This document shows, piece by piece, positions 25,407-36,672 of a DNA stretch of 64,000 bases. Source of the stretch: Squalus acanthias (Eukaryota); contig CM059444.1 of assembly GCA_030390025.1 (NCBI GenBank), positions 44,640,001 to 44,704,000 of the forward strand, read 5' to 3'. The notes beneath the pieces were generated by a model. That model saw nothing but the letters and a program-made list of their open reading frames with translations. It searched no databases and was not told the origin of the DNA. Both the position numbers and the translations under genes were made by a program. Numbering within the stretch: the stretch's first letter is position 1; each line of letters begins with the position of its first letter.

Positions 25407-26299
25407 TTTTAAAAAGGCAGTTTTATAAGCGTGCACAATTTGTATTTTAACTTCTATAAAATTGGCTCTACTTGTGCTGTCTAATTCTCTTCTGTATTAG
25501 TAATGAGGGTAAATTCATTTTACAAAACAGTATTTTAAAAGCTACTAATGGCAAAAACTTCTGACTTTTATTCAATTAAAAATGGTAGATTGCTCTTGTT
25601 CCTCAGACATTTGTAGTTCGCGTTTTGAATGCAGAGCTGCATGTGTCTTGGTACATGCAAAACAACAGTTTGGGGTCACCTGCAGTAAGAAGTCCTTTAA
25701 ATGGACAAAGAAAATCCGATTAATCCACACCTCAGATTGTATTTAAAACAAACTAAAACGGTGCTCCAGTAGCTTTGCATTGTTCGTCATTTTAAGCTAG
25801 TTAAAGTTTTGTAATTTTTGTGTTCTGGCCATTAGACATGCTGTAGGGGTAATGCAGCTCATTAAACTCCCTCACACATTGTCACGGATGGGTGGCTGTG
25901 CTTGCAATTCTCTCAGTTACACCTTAAGGGTAAGGTACTGGCAGAGGCCTGTTCCTTGGACCTCCGGTAGATGATTAAATCATGGAAGCAATTTTCTATC
26001 TAATCTGTTGGTCACGAACTAGTGTGCTTCATGGGAAAGCCTAAAGAGGAGCGGGGAGATAAAATAATAAATAGCTTAGAAAAAAAAATACATGGAGTAC
26101 AGTGCAAAATGTTGGATCAACCTTGTGCCTGTCTGTAACTTTACACCTGTTTTGAACTGTTTTAAATTGTGTAGTCCCGTCACGGCTCTCTCTTTGCTGT
26201 TCTGCTTATTATTTGCAAAATGTTAATTCCTCCAGCAAATTGAGTTTTAAATACTGCAGTCATCAAGTGTGCAAAAAAAAATTGCACACTTTCTACTCG

Positions 26300-26907
26300 T
26301 TGCTTTGTGTGTATTTTGCGAACGGAAAGTCTCTGCTGTGTGTAGTCTTGTTTTTGCAGAGCCAGCAATGTTTGCAGTTAAAGGCACTGCCCCCTTTGCA
26401 GCGCCCAGCCCAGCCCTGCCTCCCCCCCAGTTGGTGCATTTGGAGTCTGATCGTGTGCAGAAAAAATCCCTGACATTTGAGGCGCTGGAGGGATTTACTG
26501 AGCATGCTCGGTTGTCTGCCCGCTAAGAGAGAGGAAGGCTCGTTTACATACGAGTCATACCAAGCATAGCCTGCATGTCTGTGCAGTTAACTTGCAGCGG
26601 GCTGTGAGGAGAGCTGGCGCGTCTTGTCTCTGTCACAATTGAGCCTTCTAACTATGAACAGCCCATTTTTAAGAGTTTCTGGCCTGTGAGGAAAAAAACA
26701 AAAATCTGTGGGCACAAATAGAACCTTTTTTTTTCCACAGAAAGCTCTGTGCCCTTGAAGGGTACTATTTTTTAATTTTTAATTTTTTTTGATCTGAAAG
26801 GCTGGGGCCTTCAGCTTTGCAGAGAGAGGGAGAGAAACACAGCCAGGAGCTAGTCTGAAGCGCGCTATCTGGTTAAGCAAACAGCTGGCCTTTTTGCTAC
26901 CCAGTAA
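26300..26907 (+). promoter_or_regulatory. Probable promoter and 5' UTR of the MLLKK first exon
   Basis: Repeat-free, locally more GC/CpG-containing sequence directly upstream of the ATG. The TSS cannot be placed from sequence alone. Confidence 0.5.
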
Positions 26908-26983
26908 ATGCTACTTAAGAAAATGGACCTGTTGAACTATCCGTACAAGATGAGCAACAATATTGGCATCCTTTGCTTTGAAG
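26908..26983 (+). CDS. VGLL4: VGLL4 first coding exon (MLLKKMDLLNYPYKMSNNIGILCFE-G)
   Basis: ATG at 26908 directly after an in-frame TAA. Translation matches the recalled vertebrate VGLL4 N-terminus (MLFMKMDLLNYQYLDKMNNNIGILCYEG). Phase-1 donor AAG|GTAAAA at 26984. Confidence 0.93.
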
Positions 26984-29900
26984 GTAAAACTCCAGCTTGT
27001 TTCAGTTTTTTTTCTCTCGCAGTTCTTGAATACAGTGTGTTAAATACTTTTTAAAGTTTCTGATTGCAGAATGTTACTTTGTTTCCCCCCCCCCCCCTCG
27101 CCCTTTTCAGGATCTAAAATATTTTGGTCTGTTGGTTTTAACATTGTGTATCAATTTTTTTTAATTAACTGGCTGATCATTTTTGCTTCATGTTTCTTTG
27201 TCTGTGGAAAAGCCGTGCCCAATGTCTGCCTAAGGCTCTCAGAGATTGCAGCCGCGCTAACAAAGAAAACTTGCTGGCTGTCTGAGGAGCCATGTTGTAC
27301 TTGCACAGTCTGACTCTTTGTTTAGCTTATCATTTCCTGTGTAGTTCTGAGAAAGTTCTGACAGTGAGGGATGTGCCTCTCCTCTCAAATGCTGCAAGAG
27401 ATCATTGTTGAGCCAAAGAGAAAACACTTTTTTTGCTCAGGTTAATTGTAGCTTCATTGTTTTGTGTTTGGTTTAAAAGATTTTGCACACAGTATTTTTG
27501 CATTACTCTTGAGAGTTCAGTAATGATCAAAGATAACCCACAGTGTAGCTATTGGGCTGCTTGTATTCTTAAAACAGCATCTACGTGCTGTTTAAAGGAG
27601 TGGTAATGGCTTGATTTTGGATTCTAAAGCATTAGTGATTTAAAGCTAACAAGTATTGCATAAACCACATTTGGTACAGTACTATCCATGCTTCTGTTAC
27701 TAAACCAATTCAAGCTGCATATTTTTGAACTTCATTCATTAAAAATGTAAAGCAGAGTTAATTGCTAGAACTTGCCTCTGCACTTGACCTGTACATTCAG
27801 ATAATGTTGCAAATCCTTAAAAAGCCAGCTCCTTGCGTTTTGCATACTAGCTTGATCAGCTTCAAGCTTTTAAAGCTGAATCTTAATTAATTACTACTGT
27901 AACAGCCTAAACACAAGTAAAAGTTTAAGATGAGCAGGCAACAAAGGAAAGCAGCATTTCTGTTTTAAATGATTAACTTACAAGCAGCACTGGTGGGGGG
28001 TGGGGGGAAGTGACAGGAAGCTTGATTTCTTCCTTGGGTGCATTTTACCATTTAACTTCCCATTCAAGTACTGTAGTTTTCTGTGGGTGAAGTCAGGCAC
28101 CTAGTGGAGACAAAGGATTGATATCGTTCTAAAGTTTTTTTTCCTGTTTTTTGTTTTGTTTTACCAGCTTTGAATTTCACTTCATTTTTTTTCAAAAAGA
28201 TGCTATGGAAGATTTTGGGATTTTCCACAAAGAAAAAAAATATATACCCATAGTTCTTTGCAAGTGTTACTACAACCATTTTAAAAACATGGAAAAATAC
28301 AAGGTAAAGCGGTACTGTAAATCAGTCTTGCTTGTTCTTCCATCAGAATTCCTTCATTACCAATAAAGTTAGAAAAGTTGTCTGTCAAAATATTATGAGT
28401 GAGATTCGACATAAAATGGAAGTTATCAGTGAAGTTCGGTGCAACCTATTCTGGTGGTTATGAGTTTTTCCTTTGTTATAATTGACAGTTCCATTCTGGT
28501 TTTTACAGAATTTAGGTATGCACTAAATTAGTGGAACATCAGTTGACCACATCTGTTTTCCAGTTTTCAGCATCTTGGGGGAAACTAATTCTGTTTGAAA
28601 TCATTAAGAGTTTTAATGCAGCCCACTGATGTCAAACAAAATGCAGTTTGGCAAACTTGCTGTTGTAAACTGCTGGGAACACTTGGCTGCATGTTTGAAT
28701 AATAATCTAAGACCAAAGTACACTTTTAACGGGGGGAATCGGGTTATTCATATGGATTAAGGTATTTATAATGTACGGATTTTATTCTTTTTATGAAGTT
28801 TCAGAATATGTGTTTCCATTTTTTCCCCTCACTTTACTAATTGCTTCTGTGTTAGCAGCTGTTGTGACCTGGAAGCAATCCTGTTCAGCAAACAGTAATT
28901 CAGTAATACTAATGGCAATGCCAGAGGTCACTTTGGTTTGGTCCACATATAATTGGCATAAAGAATCTTACATGTGTTGGCTTCTTCCTGCTCCCCATCT
29001 TAACAGAAAAATCTGATTATATGCTGGTAATTTCTATGCATAGCATTTAGAATTTTAATTGTGTTTTTGGACACTATGTTTAAATATATATAAAAAATAC
29101 ATTTATTTTCAAAATGGGAAAAAAAATTACTTTATCAATCAGCTACATCCATTGCAGCTCCCAAGTCCCTTCATCGTAAACCACGTTTTGTATGTAGTTT
29201 GCTCCTTATGAAAATTGTGATCATGTCGGCTTCACATAGTTTCCCCGTATCTTGTTTTAATTTATTTTGAATGCATTTATTCTGTTATCTATGAAATTGT
29301 TATTTCAATTGGAAGCCTGTAGAGGTACAATGATGAAATATAATTCTCAAATTAATATACATTGTCATTTATTGAAATACTTTGTGCTATTAGATGTACA
29401 AATTCAAACAGATTCTTAGGGCAATATTTTGTATATAACTAGCATGGAATTCTGCTCTTTGTCTGTAGTTCCTGGGCCTCTGGTTGGCAGGAGAAAGGAC
29501 AGATAAACGATTACAATGTTCAGACACTACAAATGTTTTGTGCTTACAATGGCCATTTGGAGTTTTTACTATTGAACTTTAAAAACAAAATGGAAAATTG
29601 ATTTAAATTAAGCAGATTTATGTTCATTTTGATTTAATAATCGGAGATGGGTGAGACCCAGAAAAAGAATCATAGTTTCTGTGGATTTTGATTGCCTGTG
29701 TCTGTTTTAACTCTGGTGTCTAGGCTTCAGTGTGAGCTGTGCACCGAGAATGCAGGCATTCAAAAGCCCATTACAAAAGCTGAGCCAGCAGCACTGGGGT
29801 GAAAAGGCTATGTAGCAGAACCGTTCTGTACCAGCTGCCTACTCTTGTGCACCGTGTCAAATGACAGGCACTTGATACTTAGTGAATTTTGAGCTTCAAC

Positions 29901-31239
29901 ATCTGCATCTTGTTTTTTCTGTGAAAATGGTTTTCTTTGCGCTCATTCAGTCTAGTGAAGATGGAATTTGTAAAATAACACAAGTCTAATGTGTACAGTA
30001 GTAGGTTTGTCATTGCTTAACTCCCTGCTAATTCTATTCTGGAAAATAATGCAACGATATAATTCCCAGTGGTGAGGCTAGCATCCCTCGGTAGTGGTTC
30101 TCATTTGTTTAGTTTGAGTGTCCAGATGGCTAAAACAACAGGAGGTATCCTTTTGTGATGTATGCTCCTTCTGTATCTCTCTCCTTGGCCTTGAACTGTG
30201 GTAACTAGGATGCAGAAACCAAACAATAAACAGTGACTTTTAGCAGCTGATCTTTGGGTATTTCATGAACTTGGAACAACTGGAGCTGAAATGCTGGCTC
30301 ATTGAGTAGAAGAATTGTTAATACTTTACCAATACAGTAATTGATTAGCTTAAGTGAAAGTAACTCTGCTGATTCACGTGAATGTGATTTCAGAGCGCTT
30401 CACCAATTCAAATATCGAAAGTTCATGTTGAAAAACATATATCACTTCAAAAACCTTATGTGATGACAGGCGAAAAGGAGTTTGGCTGAATAGAAATGTA
30501 CTGTGAGGGGCTGAAAAAAATGAACTGTGAGAATGAGCTGCTGGAAAGGGGTGAGAAAGACTCCCTTTTAAGTAGGAAGGATGGCCAAAAATACAGAGAA
30601 ACATCTGTAACTGGGAGTCTGGTCCGTATTATAATGCTATAAACAATTTTCTGTTGGCGATTTAAATTAAGTTGCCTTTTATTTTAATGTTCTGAAATGC
30701 AACATTCTGTTAAGCTGCAGCCTGCATTATGTTTAGCCCATTGTCAGGACTCTGGCTTTCATTGTAAAGTCACCCTGTCATGTTATTCACCGTTGCTAAA
30801 CTGATATTCTAATCACTTGCACTAAATTTATGTTAACTATTCTACCTGGTGATATGTTAATGCCTTGGGTGTGTACAGGGAAAATGTGAGAATGTTTTGA
30901 GAGTGTTTTTTTTGGAAAAAGATCAATAAAACTGACAGTTGAACTTCACTTTCTGTCAGGTTTAAGCAGTTAATTTTCTTCTGAATTGACGCACTGCTTT
31001 TGATGTACTGGCATCGTTCTCGGTTTGTCTTGGTGGGGTTGTTTCTGAATGCCAGTTCTGAATTGCAGCTTCAGGTTTGTTGAGTAGAATCTGGATCTGA
31101 AGTTCTAATCCAGATCCGTTCTTGCTCTTCTCTCCCATCAAAGTATCTGAAACATTAGATATGTTAATGTAACTTTTGATCAAATGTCTGCATAGGGCTG
31201 AAATGTAAAGCGTACAGACTAAATCAGTGTCTTTGCTGA

Positions 31240-31465
31240 CTATATCTGGCCAATATTTATCTCTCAACCAACACCTAAAACAGATTATCTGGTCATTTAT
31301 TTCATTGCTGTTTGTGGGAGCTTGCTGTGCACAATTTGACTCGCACGTTTCCGACATTACAACAGTGACTACACTTCAAAAGTACTTCATTGGCTGTAAA
31401 GCATTTTGGGGTGTCCTGAGGCTGTGAAAGGCGCTATATAAATGCAAGTCTTTTCTTTTTTCTTT
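31240..31465 (+). mobile_element. Deu-domain SINE, 3' half
   Basis: ctggccaatatttatc...cattgctgtttgtgggagcttgc...aaggcgctatataaatgcaagtc. Confidence 0.85.
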
Positions 31466-31494
31466 GTGTTTTAAAAATTCCAAATTTTCTGATA

Positions 31495-31734
31495 CAAAAG
31501 CAAAATACTGCGGATGCTGGAAATCTGAAATAACTGCAGAAAATGCTGGACATATTCAGCAGGTCAGGCAGCATCTGTGGAGAGAGAAACAGAGTTAACG
31601 TTTCAGGTCAATGACCTTTCGTCAGAACGTTCTGACACAAGGTCATTGACCTGAAACATTAACACTCTTTCTCCACAGATGCTGTCTGACCTGCTGAGTA
31701 TGTCCAGCATTTTTTGTGTTTATTCCAGATTTTC
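31495..31734. mobile_element. Palindromic pair of Penelope-like family B units
   Basis: Axis gtcagaac|gttctgac at 31628/31629; arms of about 105 bp are reverse complements. Confidence 0.85.
31594..31628 (-). ncRNA. Minimal hammerhead ribozyme motif, intact, antisense to VGLL4
   Basis: Minus strand: GUU CUGACGA A AGGUC-AUU-GACCU GAAA CG UU AAC. Confidence 0.75.
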
Positions 31735-34700
31735 TTATCAATACATTTTTTATGCAACTGCATGTTGTAAGCCATATATCTGTTTACTTTCTTGTTGGAT
31801 GCTATCGTAAACACATTTTTTCTTTCTGTTTACTGCATATCATTTTGGCGGGAAACAAAATCCACTTAAGCCTGAGGGATCCTGTCCTGTAAAACCTGAT
31901 CTGCAACTTTATGCAAACTGACTTGACAGCTTTATGTTCACTGCATCATCTCCCTGCAAAGGGATAAAAGGAGAGGTCATTTTCGGTGCTATCGGCAGTG
32001 ATCTGAGCTGTGTTTTTCATTTTGCCACAAAGCTGGAACAGCTTTAAATGGAGTAGACACAGGCAGGGCAGAAAGGGAAAGACTGGTAGTGGAAACAACA
32101 GTGTGCTTTGTTAAACTACAACTGAAATTAAGACTTCAAAATTACTCATGCATATGCATGAGCCTCTAGAATTTCCATCTGTTTTGCATGAAAACAATTC
32201 CTCATTATATTTTGATTTGAGACCAAATGCAGATATTATACTGTTCTTTGGTAGCTAAGCACAGTTTAAGTAGGGTTTCTCAGCTAACAACTGGTTGAGA
32301 ATGTGATTAAATCCAAGTTCAGGCGCCGTGTTTCTATAATTGTGGCAAGAAAACTGAAGTAGCCAGATGGTCACTCTTAACCCTAAAATTGACCAGCAAA
32401 AAATAAAGGTCATGATGAAAACAATATCTAGCCGAACTGTGCGTATGTGTGTGTCCAAAACATCAGCCATCCTTGATTTTTTGCCATTTGTATATAATCC
32501 TTGCATTTTGAAGCAAATTACCCCAAACTGTAGATAGTCATTTCTAGTTATTTTGAAGATTTCAGATTTATTTTTTAGTTTAAAACTGTAACTCAAACCT
32601 TCAACAAAGGCATCTTGCATCCGCTTCTGAATATACAGAAAATCTCGCTGAGCTATATTTTGCAATATAATGTGTACCTAAACATAAGCCAATTCTGGCG
32701 GACTGTAGTATTGGCTCCAATAGTTAATAAAATAACCATCATTTATATGTCAATAAATTTTTTATGGGTTTTCTATTTTTAAAATAATTGTACCCAGAGA
32801 CAGTGTTACTCTGTTCCTTTTTTATGTGGCAATATGACTGGTGGAGTGGTTCCCACGCAGGAAAATGGGTCAGGATATAGAACTTAGCAGCTGCAGATAT
32901 AAATAGTTCTGAGCCGAATTAGTCCACAAATTCTATGTACACGTTCAATTAAAATGTTGTACAATTTCTCATTGCGGTATAGAGTGAGTCTTGCGCATAC
33001 ATTGCTTCTGTACAGATCCCTGGATATACTCCTCCTAGGACATCTGGTGTGCATTGCAGCTATATTTTTCCATTGCTTGCTGCGGTATCTTTGAAGGCTA
33101 TCGCAGTAACTGTGGTCTGCCCAGATTAAATCATATGGAACTGACTGAGAATGCTGACAGCCCCTTTTTTCCCCTTCTTTCCTTTTCCTGCTGAACACAG
33201 CCAAATTATTGGCTGCAGCTGAGGATGTGCAAATCTGCAGTGCTTATTAAAATAGGATTTGGGGAAAAACACACTATTTTACACGTTACAATGATTTATA
33301 ATGTGGCAGTGGAAGAAGCAACGTGGTCAGAAAATATGTGTTGCAGTAGACTTAAAAATGCTTTGCGTTCAGGAACACTTTGCTTTGTATGGCGACAATT
33401 GAGGGTTAACTCGCACTGAACCAAGAATTTAACAAATGAAATAATTGCTGAAGTAGATACCTTGTACATGTGTGTTTTGATTTGTTAGCACTGTCGATCT
33501 GCTAATGTAGGGGTGCCAACCTGTAGCCCTAGTGCCACATGTGCCAATCGCACTGTTGATGTCCAATTTGCAATGATATTTCTATTTGCTTGTTTTAATT
33601 TCCAAGGCTGGAGTGTTTGGAAAAAGCTGCTTTTTTATTTGCTATTAGCTATTTTGCTTCATTAGTTGGATAAATCATCAATCAGAACACTTTTGATTTC
33701 TTGGTGTCCACAGCTTGAGATGTATGATAATTAATGGGGACATGGATTTAAGCTGTATAAGTAGCCTTTGAGGCTCAATGATGCACAATTATGCAGCGCA
33801 AGAAGACAAGGTTTGGGCAGCTCTTGTGCTTATATATCGAATGTTGAAAAGGCAAAATCTGCTGGTTCTCATTTTGTATGACGCACTGCCTTAATTTTTA
33901 CTCCTTTTTGTGTCTTAACCAATTTTTACTTCTCATTTTGAGGTAATCTAATCATAACTCTCGCGAACATTTTATTTCATGTGATTTAATGGGAGTCTAC
34001 CACTGTAACCTGATCATAACATCGCCGATTTATTTCTGAAGTTTCAGCAAGTCCTATTTTACGTTGATTTAATGCTTCGATGGGCCCTATCTGGCACATT
34101 TTTATTTTTGTAGCTTTTTCACATCTGCTGGCGGTGGGGGGGGGTGGGGGGGAAAGAACTTCCTTCCTGGGGAGCATAAGTAATTTGGCAAACATCAGGT
34201 TAAAATTCCATGGGGAGGGGGGTTGGGGGGGTGGAAATTCTATACATAGCTGCTCAGCTGGGCAAGAGAATACATGTAAATGGTTTTTTGCTGCCTCAAG
34301 TGAATAAGCAGTCAGGAAGGTGAAATTGGAAATGGATCAAAATGTTGCCTGGTAATGAGGCTGATGACTTGTAAAAAGTCACATGAATATCCTGCATGTG
34401 GAATGTGTAGTATCTGGTTCTAGGAGACAAAAACTAAATCAAATGTATTCAAACTGCTGTTGCAGCTTTTTTTTTTAAAGTCTAGCTTTATCGGAGGGTT
34501 TCTTGCCAAAATTATGATGTCATTTTGGTTGCCATGGTGTGTGGTTAGACTGGAGGAGACAACCCAGCCAGCAAAATAGGACATTTGTTTGGTGAACTGC
34601 GCTGTGGTTTCCCTTCACTGACTGAATGCAATGGGGAAAACTACCAACAATAAATCTCTTGAATTTTCAGCTCGTCGTCCTTTTTTTTCTGTTGTTTTTC

Positions 34701-35203
34701 TGTAGTTTGAGGAAGAGGTGTGGGCCTCTTGCAGACTTGGGTGCATGCCCCTATTTTTCCCATGTAGGCAGGGTGTGTGAGTCTGTTCGGAGTTTGGTTT
34801 TTATGCCTACATATAAAACTGTAGAACATTAACAGTCTCCAATAAACTAGTAAAGTTTAGTTTGGCAAGCTGTTTTTTCCTCTGCCACAGCCCTTATTGT
34901 GCAGAAAGAAAAACAAAATTTCCCACAGCACTGCTGAGTTATATTTCTCATTGCAGTAAAGCTAAGTAGCAAATTTTATGCAAAATAGAGGGTTTGGTTG
35001 TCCTTTTGAGCTACATTCAGAGTGTTGTCTAGTAAGATCTTGAGTGAAATGTATTGTACATTACTGAAGTGTTAAGCATGAAGCATTTTTAACTCTCTTC
35101 TCACCCTATACCAACATCTTGTTAAACAGCTAGATTGTATTTACAACCTGCTGTAGAAAGGATAGTATTTCAGAGGAATAACATCTCTTTATTTAATCCA
35201 CAG

Positions 35204-35390
35204 GTGAAGCTGCACTAAGGAGTGACGGTAGGATGCAGTCAATCCCAGTGTCCTCCGCACTCGCCAACCATCGCACAGGACCTCCACCCATTAGCCCCAA
35301 CAAGAGGAAGTTCAGTGGGGACCAGGGAGATGATGATGTGGAAAGTGAGAATGAACATGCCTCCAAAGCAAGCAGGTTATATGTTCAAGT
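35204..35390 (+). CDS. VGLL4: VGLL4 coding exon 2 (EAALRSDGRMQSIPVSSALANHRTGPPPISPNKRKFSGDQGDDDVESENEHASKASRLYVQ)
   Basis: Acceptor ccacag| and donor |gtaagt. 187 nt, phase 1 to phase 2, in frame with its neighbours. HRTGPPPISP-KRKFS motif typical of VGLL4. Confidence 0.95.
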
Positions 35391-36269
35391 GTAAGTATTT
35401 CTTGACTAGAAGTATTCCATGTGCAGGAAACTAGGAGCTCTTGGGCTACATCAGTTGCAAGAGATGGAACTGGTTGAAGTGCCATTAGTCAGCCTGAATG
35501 AAGAGCAGATTCAGCGACGACTAGGATCTACATTTTTAGTAAGCCTGTCCTTGAACTCTAGTATCTGCACACATTTTTATTAGGTCTCTCTGCTGATTTT
35601 ACTGAGTAAAAGTTTGAACAGGAAAACGGCATGGGTCCAAAAAATAAACTCTTAGCCAAATAGTATGCTTGCCCAAATACTGTCTGTACATAAACTGCTG
35701 CCTCTCATGTCCAAAACAAAAAGGGTGTCATGCACTCAAACTCTCAATCTTTCAAAATCTTTACTGCTAAGCATTGCTCTTTATTCTTCCAGTTTAAAAC
35801 AAAATTATATAATATGCCCATTTGGGGGGGGGGGGGGAGAATATGAAATATGTCATCCTCCTGAAATCTGTTTATCCTCTGTTACCCAGAAGTTTATATC
35901 TCCTCCGTCTTACCCATAGCAATATTTTATGCACACTTGATATTCTTTCAGTCTATGTAGTATGCTACGTGTATACCGTACCCCTTCTTTCTCCCAGTTT
36001 GCAGCATGGCTTTACATGCACTAGGACTCCTTCCTCAGCTTGTCACACATTGATGCGTTCTACATACTGTATAATTTAATCCTTGCCTCCCCAGCCTGTC
36101 ACATGGCATTGCTTTATGGATGCTTGATTCCCTTTCAGTCTGTATTGCAGAAATGCTTTATACACAGCGGAGTCTTTCCCTCCCCCTATTAGTCTGCGGC
36201 ATTGTGATTCTTTATACACACTGTACAACTCTCCTTTGTGTCACACAACTTGATCCGCACCACTGCACT

Positions 36270-36672
36270 CAATATCCACCTCTTCCACCACTGGTAAACC
36301 GTGGCTGCAACATTTACTATCTATAGGATGCACTGCAGCAATTCGCCCAGCTTACTTCAACAGCACGTCCTAGCCCTTCAACCTCTACCCAGTGAGAAGG
36401 ATGAGCAGCAACGCCATGGGAACACTATCACCTCCCAAGTTCCCCTCCATGTCTTGCACCATCCTGACTTGGATACATACTGCTATTCCTTCATCGTTGC
36501 TAGTCCCAAAATCCTGGACTTCCCTACCTAACAATAATGTGGGAGCACCATCACAAGAACTGGAGCGGTTCAAGGAAAAGACCCACTACCCCTTCTCGGG
36601 GCAACCAGGGATGAGCAATAAATGCGGTCTTGCTAACATCGCCTACATTCGGAGAGCAAAATAAATCAAAAA
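36270..36672 (+). mobile_element. Diverged 3' end of the same LINE family as 1-368
   Basis: IYRMHCSNSP, caccatcctgacttg...aaaatcctggacttccct, and an aataaatgc tail. Confidence 0.75.

Noticed and set aside
1-26900. Upstream VGLL4 first exon of the METPLDVLSRAA type
   Set aside because: The ATG GAG AC hits near 7367, 12489 and 22435 do not continue into that peptide; probably outside the window.
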